This document shows positions 17,001 through 25,342 of a stretch of 27,059 nt of DNA, in pieces (the first letter of the stretch is position 1; every line of letters begins with the position of its first letter). The notes under the pieces are model-generated. The model was not told the DNA's origin. It saw only the letters and a program-made list of their open reading frames with translations, and made no database searches. The position numbers were made by a program, and so were the translations under genes. Location: positions 1-27,059 of the IMG/VR virus record IMGVR_UViG_3300006115_000058; one strand, given 5' to 3'. The DNA comes from a virus (Duplodnaviria > Caudoviricetes).

Positions 17001-18183
17001 CAACGACATAAGTTCCTGCTGGAATGCCAGTGATTGCAGCACCGTTACCACAGACTAGCTGACCAACAACTACGCTTGCTGCAGATGTCAATGACAGTGT
17101 GTTCTGACCATTAGTACCAGTTGCTGTCGTGCTAGTCACCGAAGCACCCGAAGCACCAAACTGTTGGTTAACTATAGTAGTACCTGCAGGTATACCCGAA
17201 GTAGCATAGAGAACAGCACCTGGTACTATGAAACCTGTCAATGTAGCAGCTACAGTTAGTGTAGTAGTAGAACCGGTACCACTAGTTGAACCATAAAGTG
17301 TACCAGTTGCTGTTGTAGCATTTGATAAAGTACCACGTGGATAAACCTTATAACGCAAGTTGCTGTCAGTGAAATCCATGGCAAAGTTTACAGTCATTGA
17401 AGTATTACTTGCGATAGCTGTGATCTGACGCACACGACCGTTTATGTTTATATAACGACCGACAGTACCGTTAGTTGCTTTAGCTAAAGTAGCACCTGAA
17501 CCGATAGCGATAGTTGGAGCAACCGTAACAGTAGCAGCGGTATCGCTGGTTACTGTAGCGACAATGAAATAATAAACAGCACCGTTAGTAGTAACGGAGA
17601 TGCTATCTCCAGGATAAAGACCGTTCTGTCCAGGCTGTGACGTCTGGAACGAAGTACTAGTTCCTGTGATGTTACCGCTAACGTCTATAGCTATAGTACC
17701 TGTTACTGCTACCGTAGTAACAGAGTTTGTAGCGTCTGTTAAAAAGTATGTACCAACACCGCTGATGGTTGAGGAGCCGTTGGTTACGTAAACAGTACCG
17801 TTAGTACTACCCCTAGCAAACGATGAAACATATCCCTGTGTTTGTGTATTCTGTACTGGGTTGATGACCTTTACTGCGCTTGGGAAAGTAATGGCAGTAC
17901 CAAAAGCCGAACCAGTTGTTAGTGCAGTATCCGATGATGGTGTGCTTAATACTGTATTAAGCTGTCCCGCTACCATTATAACGTCACTTGCACGTGCCTG
18001 TGTAGTCCATATGGTACCTACGCCAGTTAATGAAGTGCTCGAACCAGTAGCAGTGCCCTGCCAAGTATCGTTCCTGAACCAAGTATCAACTGCCTGTAGC
18101 GTTGGAAATAGGTCCTGACCAGTTGCGAATGGTCCATAAGTAATAGAAGAGCTATTTCTTCCGAGTTCGTTTAGGGTTGCCAT
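14068..18183 (-). CDS. 1371-aa Thr/Gly-rich virion structural or fibre protein
   Basis: Repeated small beta domains (GxGTxFxxxLxxGD.I.V....V..I.SDT.LTV; GIPAGTYVVAISGTTITIS). GAGGAG RBS and TAAATA at 18225-18220. Confidence 0.75.
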   Translation of the reverse strand: MATLNELGRNSSSITYGPFATGQDLFPTLQAVDTWFRNDTWQGTATGSSTSLTGVGTIWTTQARASDVIMVAGQLNTVLSTPSSDTALTTGSAFGTAITFPSAVKVINPVQNTQTQGYVSSFARGSTNGTVYVTNGSSTISGVGTYFLTDATNSVTTVAVTGTIAIDVSGNITGTSTSFQTSQPGQNGLYPGDSISVTTNGAVYYFIVATVTSDTAATVTVAPTIAIGSGATLAKATNGTVGRYININGRVRQITAIASNTSMTVNFAMDFTDSNLRYKVYPRGTLSNATTATGTLYGSTSGTGSTTTLTVAATLTGFIVPGAVLYATSGIPAGTTIVNQQFGASGASVTSTTATGTNGQNTLSLTSAASVVVGQLVCGNGAAITGIPAGTYVVAISGTTITISNNLTGAISTTVYFYTPGGLGAYTTSQATTISGAAFNVSSLQGTGTNFFWDLGYQNLNTTTYTPYMYQTSLLDQVWLSDEVRTINFSSFSGTINTSLTAATNCYVTDYVGYSGVTTGILRQTVYLIPFKRDDTFINGNIYGTTTIFLSDLRVGDDLIINGTECTVTSIINNTQFKINTDFTHTTANNAGATATASTTYSSGGAPAATTFVVNSASNIAIGQLVTGSGIAPQTYVTNVSSTTITISQAFNTQATGTYNFYNGVSFYKKLKLHGYVLEGTREGGTAGAGNNTKWTQSTTLAGGTGTVYGIGATTLTVSAAATSGPTYNFVKISGGGGTPLVLAGQINTVSASTTITGTNTLFTSQLHIGAEIVVAEQYLTVTAIASDTSLTVSQTVSVTGPTPYYRSVPLYTYITAGTTTITLATPLKNNLYVAAANPPTVYYPSTGGDFIEYVYSAPNYNAQFTTAGANQSSTTINQSLDRKYVGFRMFPLFQSTMTSLATTVSSAITTAFGAYSTPVYERWVASYAQTHGVGINQADLSGGVVTQGSQTTTVYTIAQPIAGSLTAAMSTPILASGYPQTPPTGTTGTVGTATATYTGMGTSQTIAASSIVAHSLYGVYDITAMSQLTGGFLYLFGNTRYFAIQGKTFSNIQAQMTGCIEYERAQPEDASTGTGTGGVTFGGTYGGTQLSQGASPPTQLLAGFNQNVIQYTPGVAPWPCFAYFNGNRLPTGAQQIPTLPVLQSYLIHGCVLSPPRVRNSSGDLVGFNAHVYSSLTITTGRWGHQVEFGNYGGSYNPAYLNSPPTVTSNTLTNAANSIPQTHMGQIVPVYTNVYNAKRFMFSPVVVLGPAYDPDVRGRIYGMKILPSNLGTLMDTVSITINTTTPTAFFPDYFYNTSGAAADHWVTTTPPNNMSTTLVPGQQPVLTYRFALTQNASAGPQQEWRSLEDPSTQSSSSATLFVNNFRFAFPA

Positions 18184-18240
18184 TAAAAATTCTCCTCAGA
18201 TTAAATTAATCGTTTTGTATATTTAGCATCATACCCACAT

Positions 18241-19512
18241 TTATAAAATAATGTTATACAATGACATACTAAGACTGTTTCCGTAGCCAGATACTACGTT
18301 TACAGTGTAAGATTCGTTAGTGTTTATTAAGATATTCAAGCTGTTATATTTATAAGTGTACTGTCCTGCAGGTAAAGTGAAATAGCTAACAAATGTATTG
18401 TTCCTATATAGTGCTAATACTAGATCTTGTGAAACCGCATAGGCATTTACTAACACTATGGTCTTTATAGCATCCGCTGCTAAAGGTATGAATTGGGCTG
18501 TTCCAGCTAAAAATCCACTAAAATTGCCTAATATGTTGAATGTTTTTACTGGTGTAGGTGTCCCGCCACCTCCTGCATACTGCCATTGTACACCTGTGTT
18601 AGTCGCAGTTAGTATCTGCCCAGGTAATCCACTAGTAGCTGGGAAGGTATAATAGGGAAACTGGACTGACCCATCCGAATTAAGTGTAAGAGTTACTGTA
18701 TTATTAACTAACTGGCTTACACTACCTAACCAAGCAGTGGTTTGATAACTAGAATTAGGAAAAGAGATTCCACCATAATTAATTACTAGATCATTGGGGA
18801 AATGTGTTCTACCACCAGTATCAAATTGTGTAACATTACTGTTTACTGTGAGGAATAAACCTTGCGGGCTACCTTCATCCGGTAAATCTTGTATAGTAGA
18901 TCCATTAGATAATGTTAATGTTCCATTGCGGGTGATAGTAAAAATTGTTGTACCACCACTAACATTGAATGGCATACCGATGCCTGTTTTGAACACATAA
19001 TCGGTGTTGGATGTTTCTGATCCTATAACAAAATTGTTGTTATAAGCATCGCCTGTGATACCAAAACCGTCTGTGAAGTTTCCGCTACGAGCAAGCGTAA
19101 ATGCTACGCCATCTTTGCCAGCACCTGATGTAAAATGATAACCTGTGAAGTTAGCCTGATAAGCAGGATCTTGACTAGGATCAGTGATATCGAAGTTTTC
19201 GTTTACGCTGAATCCGTTTGTATGAGGATAAAATATCTGTGTACCGATTGACAACGTTTGCTGAAAAACAGCATTATTAATGGTAGGACTGTTAATAGTA
19301 GCATTTGTATCACCTACTACTAATCCTGTGCCTGTTCCTATAGGTTGTAGGGCAACAATAGAGTCTGCTAATCCACTAGGAGATATTTTAAAATAGAGCA
19401 CACCATCGTTGGTGTTTACAGCTAGTTCACCGTCAGCTAGTGCCGTAGTAGAAGGTATACTACTGGGTGTACTACTGCGTTTTAGTTGTATAGTCGTTGA
19501 CGTCGCTGACAT
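18241..19512 (-). CDS. Fibre-like protein with an Mtd N-terminal-like domain
   Basis: TIQLKRSS...LADGELAVNTNDGVLYFK N-terminus and a beta-rich body. Start set at ATG 19512. Confidence 0.7.
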   Translation of the reverse strand: MSATSTTIQLKRSSTPSSIPSTTALADGELAVNTNDGVLYFKISPSGLADSIVALQPIGTGTGLVVGDTNATINSPTINNAVFQQTLSIGTQIFYPHTNGFSVNENFDITDPSQDPAYQANFTGYHFTSGAGKDGVAFTLARSGNFTDGFGITGDAYNNNFVIGSETSNTDYVFKTGIGMPFNVSGGTTIFTITRNGTLTLSNGSTIQDLPDEGSPQGLFLTVNSNVTQFDTGGRTHFPNDLVINYGGISFPNSSYQTTAWLGSVSQLVNNTVTLTLNSDGSVQFPYYTFPATSGLPGQILTATNTGVQWQYAGGGGTPTPVKTFNILGNFSGFLAGTAQFIPLAADAIKTIVLVNAYAVSQDLVLALYRNNTFVSYFTLPAGQYTYKYNSLNILINTNESYTVNVVSGYGNSLSMSLYNIIL

Positions 19513-19528
19513 TGTCAATATTTATCAG

Positions 19529-21310
19529 TTAATAACTACCACCATCTAGGCTTGCCCACTCCGGAACACCGTTTAATAACTGTAGGACCTGGCCATCTGC
19601 TCCTGCACTAAGCCTTGTCAGTGTGTTAGTGGCACTTGCATATAGTATATCGCCTTTGGCATAAGCTGTTTGGTTAGTACCGCCGTAGGTTTCTGTAATA
19701 GTGTCGCCATGCCAAGTGCCCGAACTGATAGTTCCTACGGTAGTTATAGACGATTGTCCATTATACGTAGCAGAAATAGAAAACTGATTACCGTCGAGTG
19801 TGATCCCAGTACCTGCAGTATAGGTTCCACTACCTGAGAACTGGCTCCAAATTATGTTGTCTGAGTCTAATGTGGTAACGTATTGTGTCTGTACCCAACC
19901 AGTAGCAGCATAAGTAGCACCGCGTTCTACGAAAGTGAAGTCGCCACCGGTAAATGCTGCTGCTGTATTGCTGTCTAGGGCCCTTGTCAGTATCTTGAAA
20001 GTAAAATCTATAGTATAGATGCCGTTATATGGTCGATTGGATCCTGCTTCGTTCTTGATCAGTATCCTAGAATTTTCCGATAAACTTATACCATCTAGTG
20101 CAGTAAGTGCTATCCCTAGTGTTATAGTTCCGCCGTTTGTATTTGAATAGTCTACGCTACCGCCAGTTAGACTAGCTAATGTATCTGTAGTAGCTGCTAA
20201 AACAGGACCGTGTATGTTTAATCCCTGTGCTACGCTGTCTACATAGTATTTGGTAGCAGCATCTTGTGCCTGTTGCGGATCTTTAACATTCCTGATATAT
20301 GCGCTGCTAGCACTGATATAACCAGTTCCGTTAGGTGCAAGCACGAGATTCCCATTAGTATCTGTTGTAGCGATAGTGTCACCGGATAGTTTTAAATTTC
20401 CAACATCTACTTCTGATAATCCACTAACAGTAGTAACACTACCGCTTGAATTTCCCAACGATACGCTAGTATCACCGATATAAAAGCTGCTGCTTAGGCT
20501 AGCCCAACTTGGATTGCTGCCGTCCGTAGTTAAGTATTGTCCTGCGTGTCCTGTTTGGGTAGGTAAGAGACTTCCTACACCCTGCCAACTTATAGTGCTG
20601 CCGTCTGTATAGAGGTATTTCCCACCATTCCCACCAATTCCCGGTACTGGATTTGTCACACTTACTGTGGTAGCAGCAGAGCCGTCGAAGGTCTGTGTAT
20701 TGCTATAGGTTAGACCTGTCCCTATCGATAGTGCATTTGCAACATTTCCAGCAGTCCCGCTAATGTCAACTGCTAGACTGGTAATCGATCCGCTCGAATT
20801 AAAGAGATCAATAGCAGTGGTACCGATATAAATCTTAGGTTCCGCCCAACTGGCAGTGTCTGTTCCATTTGTTTTTAAGATATAATTGCTAGTGCCGGCA
20901 CTCCTGGGTAGCGTCCAATTACCTGCTATCTGCACCATTCCGGTACCATTTGGATTTAAAACCAAATTACCATTAGTATCTGTGGTTGAAATGGTGTCAC
21001 TGCTAAGATGTAAATTACCCACGTACCATTGATCGATGGTTCCTGTAGCACTTAATATAGGTATGCTTTTTGCATTGGTAGTTAGCGTACCTGCGCTTAT
21101 TGTAGCATCAACTAGTCCTGTATAATAACGTCCACCAACAACAGTGTGATTGGCAGCGTTGCCAAAAGTCTCAGTACCCGTACCAATATAGAGCCTATCA
21201 CCACCGTTAGAACCATTGTCTGTTAGATAACTGTAGGCTAATTCGCCTGCTGCTAGTGTACTAGGGTTGCCCGACGTTCCGGAACGTTTGATTTTAATAG
21301 TTGATGCCAA
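19529..21310 (-). CDS. Fibre-like structural protein with an Mtd N-terminal-like domain
   Basis: STIKIKRSG...LAAGELAYSY...DRLYIG N-terminus, DAATKYYVDS, RILIKNE...NGIY, a duplicated VGNL.LS.DTI.TTDTNGNLVL.PNGTG and a DGGSY end. Confidence 0.75.
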   Translation of the reverse strand: MASTIKIKRSGTSGNPSTLAAGELAYSYLTDNGSNGGDRLYIGTGTETFGNAANHTVVGGRYYTGLVDATISAGTLTTNAKSIPILSATGTIDQWYVGNLHLSSDTISTTDTNGNLVLNPNGTGMVQIAGNWTLPRSAGTSNYILKTNGTDTASWAEPKIYIGTTAIDLFNSSGSITSLAVDISGTAGNVANALSIGTGLTYSNTQTFDGSAATTVSVTNPVPGIGGNGGKYLYTDGSTISWQGVGSLLPTQTGHAGQYLTTDGSNPSWASLSSSFYIGDTSVSLGNSSGSVTTVSGLSEVDVGNLKLSGDTIATTDTNGNLVLAPNGTGYISASSAYIRNVKDPQQAQDAATKYYVDSVAQGLNIHGPVLAATTDTLASLTGGSVDYSNTNGGTITLGIALTALDGISLSENSRILIKNEAGSNRPYNGIYTIDFTFKILTRALDSNTAAAFTGGDFTFVERGATYAATGWVQTQYVTTLDSDNIIWSQFSGSGTYTAGTGITLDGNQFSISATYNGQSSITTVGTISSGTWHGDTITETYGGTNQTAYAKGDILYASATNTLTRLSAGADGQVLQLLNGVPEWASLDGGSY

Positions 21311-21322
21311 CTGTATTCTCCA

Positions 21323-22144
21323 TTAATATTCCCCACCATCCATAGCTTCGGCAGTTAAACTCGTTTTAGTATCCCATCTAGATGATACTGTGTTATATAC
21401 TAACAGTGCGCCATCTGCTAGGTTAGGATTTCCAGCACCACCGGTATATACATCTGGTATATCTATCACTGTATTTATTCCAGCCCCCTTGGGAACGCTT
21501 ATGGTGCCACTAACGTCTATGTTTACGTAGGTATTACCACCAGCTACTTTAACTACACCTGCTACATCAGCAGTAGCTATATTAGTTGCAGCAGCTCCAG
21601 GATCTCCCTTGGCACCTGTATCGCCTTTGTCACCTTTTTGTCCGTGTAGGCTAGCTAACCATTCTTGTTCTGTGCCGACAAATCCATCAGAAACTGCCAC
21701 TTGATAGGCACTTAGTCCTATGTCGCCAGTGTCGCCCTTTGGCCCCACGATAGAAGCTACAGCAGAAACCCACTGTGATTGGAATAGAATAAAGAGATTA
21801 CCGCTTACTGTATCCCACCATAGCGCTCCTTCGGTGGTCGTTGTAGGTCTGGCATCGGAAACGGTGATATTAGCATTTCCATTACTGCTACTGATCACAC
21901 CATGACTATCTATCTTTATAGTAGTGCCGTCGACCTTCACACCGCCTAGTTGGGTAGTTGTAGCAGGTAGTAATACATAACCACCACCACCTGAACCTAA
22001 AGGTATACCACCGGGAGTAGTACCGTCACTGAGGCGGAATTCGCCTGTATCTATACCAAAGAAAAGATTTCCTGCTTCGCCAACGAAAGAATCTATGTCG
22101 TTTTTAACAAGTCCTGCGACTACTTTACGGAAATATTGTGTCAT
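21323..22144 (-). CDS. Collagen-repeat fibre-like protein
   Basis: FVGEAGNLFF...RLSDGTTPGG N-terminus, Gly-X-Y runs (GPKGDTGDIG; GQKGDKGDTGAKGDPG) around SAYQVAV..GFVGTEQEWLASL, and a DGGEY end. Confidence 0.75.
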   Translation of the reverse strand: MTQYFRKVVAGLVKNDIDSFVGEAGNLFFGIDTGEFRLSDGTTPGGIPLGSGGGGYVLLPATTTQLGGVKVDGTTIKIDSHGVISSSNGNANITVSDARPTTTTEGALWWDTVSGNLFILFQSQWVSAVASIVGPKGDTGDIGLSAYQVAVSDGFVGTEQEWLASLHGQKGDKGDTGAKGDPGAAATNIATADVAGVVKVAGGNTYVNIDVSGTISVPKGAGINTVIDIPDVYTGGAGNPNLADGALLVYNTVSSRWDTKTSLTAEAMDGGEY

Positions 22145-22155
22145 ACTGATATTTA

Positions 22156-22422
22156 TCAGCGACGATTATTAAAGAATGGTTGTGGTTCTTCGCCGATATC
22201 TTCGTCGGCTGTTAGCTTATCTATAACTGGGCTTTCCTTGCCTAGTGCTGCTTTTTTAAGTTCGTGTTCTTGCTGTAGAGGGCTCACCATCACAGGATTT
22301 TGATCTAGTTCCTCAGGATCATTATCGTTAGCATTGTTTTGATCTACACTAATCTCAGGCTTACCGTCACCGTTGATCTTGATGTTGATGGGAATGTTTA
22401 TAGTAAATTCGTGCGCTCTCAT
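22156..22422 (-). CDS. Small acidic late protein (MRAHEF...)
   Basis: TAAATA 5 nt before the ATG and the shared N-terminal motif. Confidence 0.7.
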   Translation of the reverse strand: MRAHEFTINIPINIKINGDGKPEISVDQNNANDNDPEELDQNPVMVSPLQQEHELKKAALGKESPVIDKLTADEDIGEEPQPFFNNRR

Positions 22423-22430
22423 AAGTTTAT

Positions 22431-22568
22431 TTATTTGAATCTCTTGATAGTAATGGTAGCACTGGGCGCAACTGGTCTAGTCGGGCTGGTTCCATCGGCG
22501 GTATTATACGCCATCGCTGAATGTATGTTGTTTAGATTGGGATCAAAGGTATCTCTTTGATAGGTCAT
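22431..22568 (-). CDS. 45-aa ORF missed by the track, possibly an internally deleted gene
   Basis: MTYQRDTFDPNLNNIHSAMAYNTADGTSPTRPVAPSATITIKRFK*. Its ATG overlaps the upstream stop (TAATG), it has a GAGG RBS, and it fills the gap exactly. Confidence 0.55.
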   Translation of the reverse strand: MTYQRDTFDPNLNNIHSAMAYNTADGTSPTRPVAPSATITIKRFK

Positions 22569-22930
22569 TAGATACCTCGTTCGTTGAGATAATCTTTAAA
22601 GCTCTTATGTTCTAGCTGTGCTGGCGGATCCTTAACACGTAGATCGTGTGGATGTTTTGGACCGTTTATCCCACCGCCTGCATCTACAGTCACAGCATCT
22701 ATAGTTGAATACTGCTCGTTTGGACTATTACCAAACTTACCACCAATACCATTAGACACTACATCTACTATCTGTTTGAAATGATTCATATCGTCTGCAG
22801 GAGCAACAGTTGTTATCTCGGCTGTAGCTACAGGCTCTAGTTCAACTACTTCAGCTTCAATGGGCACCCTTTCAGCTTCGATACCATCAATGGTGTCTAG
22901 TATGTTGCGTATGATATCTGTAGCTTTCAT
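22568..22930 (-). CDS. Small late protein (MKATDII...SFKDYLNE)
   Basis: Start reassigned to ATG 22930, an ATGA overlap with the upstream stop. Confidence 0.7.
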   Translation of the reverse strand: MKATDIIRNILDTIDGIEAERVPIEAEVVELEPVATAEITTVAPADDMNHFKQIVDVVSNGIGGKFGNSPNEQYSTIDAVTVDAGGGINGPKHPHDLRVKDPPAQLEHKSFKDYLNERGI

Positions 22931-23193
22931 ACTGAAGGTTTCCAAGGTCTTGCTGATTGCAAACCACCTACATTTGGATTATCGATTACATTGTTGTCGC
23001 TATATTGAGTTGGTAACTCTGTAATATCATAGGTATTATTAGCACGATAATAGTTTTTAGTAATGTCCAAAGATCCGCTAATAGTTCCGTCTGCTGCTAC
23101 AGTTTTCCCTTGACGTTTGGCTTGTGCTATATTAAGTTTAGCAACCTGTCTAGCCTGCTTAGTAGAAAGTTCTGCTATACCATTTTTTGACAT
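22927..23193 (-). CDS. Hypothetical late protein (MSKNGIAELSTKQARQ...)
   Basis: TGATG overlap with the upstream stop and AAAGGT upstream. Confidence 0.65.
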   Translation of the reverse strand: MSKNGIAELSTKQARQVAKLNIAQAKRQGKTVAADGTISGSLDITKNYYRANNTYDITELPTQYSDNNVIDNPNVGGLQSARPWKPSV

Positions 23194-23684
23194 CACTTAC
23201 CCTTTATAGGACGACAATCATTGACCATTTTGCCGCCTTTTTTCTTAAGGCCAACTTTGCGATAGCCAGTCCAACAGTGCGTATTTCCGTTATCATCTTC
23301 TCGAGTTACGGCTTCTTGTAAGAATCGCATATCATTAATATACTGTTCAGCAAAAATGATTAGATCCCTCATTTCCTCAATGCTCTCACAATGCCATTTG
23401 CGTAGGCTCTTGTTTATCCTGCTATTTGGATCATGCTTTGTTTTAGCACCGGTACGATGTTTCTTCATACCTTTCATTCGGGCACAGAAGCTCTTTCGAC
23501 GTTTAGAAGCCTTGGAACCTTTCTTCAGTTTACTAGGTTTAGTAGTAACTGCTGTTTTTAACTTACTACCTGGATGCTCTCTGCGATAGCTGTTTACACC
23601 CTTTTGGTTTAGACCACCAGAAGGATTTTTACCAGATTTTTTTTGCCAAGCGGCTGTTTCTATGAGGAGCTCAGATATTTTCAT
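23193..23684 (-). CDS. Very basic late protein (DUF6321-like module plus a CWxGY module)
   Basis: GKNPSGGLNQKG...RRKSFCARM...SRINKSLRKWHC and CWTGYRKVG..KKGGKMVNDC. The family name is from recall. Confidence 0.7.
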   Translation of the reverse strand: MKISELLIETAAWQKKSGKNPSGGLNQKGVNSYRREHPGSKLKTAVTTKPSKLKKGSKASKRRKSFCARMKGMKKHRTGAKTKHDPNSRINKSLRKWHCESIEEMRDLIIFAEQYINDMRFLQEAVTREDDNGNTHCWTGYRKVGLKKKGGKMVNDCRPIKGK

Positions 23685-23874
23685 AAAGATATTTATCAGA
23701 GCAGCGAGACTTTGCTCTTTCTTCCTTCTTGATATGTTTTCTTATTTTTTTGGATTTAGCTAACACTTTTTTAAATAAGCTCTTTGTTAGCCCGTTTTTG
23801 AATTTTTCTTCACCAATATAATGTATTGCGAGTCTTTTTGACTCTGTTGCGCTTAGTGGTTTGGATAGGAGCAT
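23671..23874 (-). CDS. Small Lys-rich hypothetical protein
   Basis: AAGGAG 8 nt before ATG 23874. Confidence 0.5.
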   Translation of the reverse strand: MLLSKPLSATESKRLAIHYIGEEKFKNGLTKSLFKKVLAKSKKIRKHIKKEERAKSRCSDKYLYENI

Positions 23875-23891
23875 TGACGCCACTCCTTGTG

Positions 23892-24596
23892 TTAGTGTTT
23901 TTCGCGTCCTCGACGCATATTTGCCTGCCAATGCGCTAATTGTTTTTTGCGGGGACTAGCAGACTTGCTATGGGTGATTTTATCTAGTTTAGATAGAGAT
24001 GCTTTTTTAGGAATACCGTGTCTACGACTGTCTCCTTTATCTTCGGGATGCCGCCCGTCTGCGAAGTTCTCTTTAACGCTGTTTGGACTGTATTTGATAC
24101 CTAACTGATTGGCTAGTTTTTGCCAATAGCTACCTGTGTCTCCTCTCCAGCCAGAACTGGTATCTTCGTGTGGAACCAAATGTATGCCATCTGGGGGTTG
24201 TCCCCAACGGCGCAGAGCAGCAGTCATGACTGCTGCTACGATAGGACCTGTGACGCCCCTATAATCACCGGCATAGGCTTCTTGTATGAAAATGACTATC
24301 TCATTCATCTGCGCACTGCAACTCATCAGCAGTGAATAATTCTCGGGAACGGTTCGTATCCATACGCTGCCGTCTTGATTGTCGCTGCCTGATAGGGTTA
24401 TCTTAGCATCTGGATATTTCTTTGCAAATATTCTGCGTGCTATGTCCTTGATCGTGCGTACTGGCATGGGTTCGTCGGCTGATTCCCAATCAAAATCTGC
24501 TGTTTCAAAAGTGGTTTTGTGTTGACAGCCGCAACTACAGTTGTCATTACCACTACATTCAAATGCGTTTATAGAAAGCACCTCGTGTAAACGCAT
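23892..24596 (-). CDS. Modular late protein (MRLHEVL...) with a basic C-terminal ENFADG module
   Basis: Cys cluster CSGNDNCSCGC, a central alpha/beta region and a basic tail after VKE. Confidence 0.7.
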   Translation of the reverse strand: MRLHEVLSINAFECSGNDNCSCGCQHKTTFETADFDWESADEPMPVRTIKDIARRIFAKKYPDAKITLSGSDNQDGSVWIRTVPENYSLLMSCSAQMNEIVIFIQEAYAGDYRGVTGPIVAAVMTAALRRWGQPPDGIHLVPHEDTSSGWRGDTGSYWQKLANQLGIKYSPNSVKENFADGRHPEDKGDSRRHGIPKKASLSKLDKITHSKSASPRKKQLAHWQANMRRGREKH

Positions 24597-24599
24597 CAA

Positions 24600-25061
24600 T
24601 TATCTCGCTGCGTTCTTCCACATAGCTGCTGCTGCTATACGTTTACCTTTTTCACCGCCGCCCGCTGCTTTAGCTACTTTGTCGAAGCTTTTTCCTTTTT
24701 TACCGATATCCTTACCGGCGTGGGCTTTCTTAGCTATAGAACTCTTCTTTGCCTTACTTAGACCCGCAGATGGTTTCTTAGCTTCGATTATCATAAGCTG
24801 TAGCTTATAGTCCAGTGATTCCATATATTCTTCACCGATCTGTTCGTTTGCTTTGTTTTCATAAGCCATATAATCGTGTACTGTGTTTAGATAATCAGCA
24901 GCTTTAGTGATCTTAGACTGCACCCAACCTTCTAGTGGTTGCCCTGGTTGTATCATTTTGAATAATTCCATACCGTTCTTTATAGCATTATAAAGTTCAC
25001 CGCGGGCCATGCTGCCTTCGTCGTCGTGCTCGGTTTGTGGCATTGATTGAGGATTATCCAT
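24600..25061 (-). CDS. Late protein with an acidic helical N-half and a Lys/Ala-rich C-half
   Basis: AGGAG RBS, EGSMARGEL...WVQSKITKAADYL, then IIE followed by AKKPSAGLSKAKK. Confidence 0.75.
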   Translation of the reverse strand: MDNPQSMPQTEHDDEGSMARGELYNAIKNGMELFKMIQPGQPLEGWVQSKITKAADYLNTVHDYMAYENKANEQIGEEYMESLDYKLQLMIIEAKKPSAGLSKAKKSSIAKKAHAGKDIGKKGKSFDKVAKAAGGGEKGKRIAAAAMWKNAAR

Positions 25062-25073
25062 GTTTTGCTCCTG

Positions 25074-25331
25074 TTATCGCTTGATAGTGGGTCCACCAAA
25101 AATGCTAGTACCCTTCATATCGAGCGCATTTACGGCGGTTCCGGATTTGGTTTTTGGTTGGCTTACTTTAGGTGGCTTAGGCGCTTTAGTTCCACTCTTA
25201 CCTGGACTACCAGTATAGCTAGTATGACCGCGCTTTTTGCCTATAGCAAGATGGGGACTAACTACAGTGCCTACGCTAGCACTTGAAGTAGCCCCCGCTG
25301 TTGCTGTTTCTAATAGCTCACGTATTTTCAT
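25074..25331 (-). CDS. Small basic late protein (MKIRELLE...)
   Basis: TAAATA 5 nt before the ATG and the shared N-terminal motif. Confidence 0.75.
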   Translation of the reverse strand: MKIRELLETATAGATSSASVGTVVSPHLAIGKKRGHTSYTGSPGKSGTKAPKPPKVSQPKTKSGTAVNALDMKGTSIFGGPTIKR

Positions 25332-25342
25332 ACGAGTATTTA

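Noticed and set aside
11759-22144. Diversity-generating retroelement, suggested by Mtd-N-like domains and a 102-bp duplication
   Set aside because: There is no reverse transcriptase in the window. Both copies are coding, and their differences are mostly synonymous rather than adenine-specific diversification at a C-terminus.
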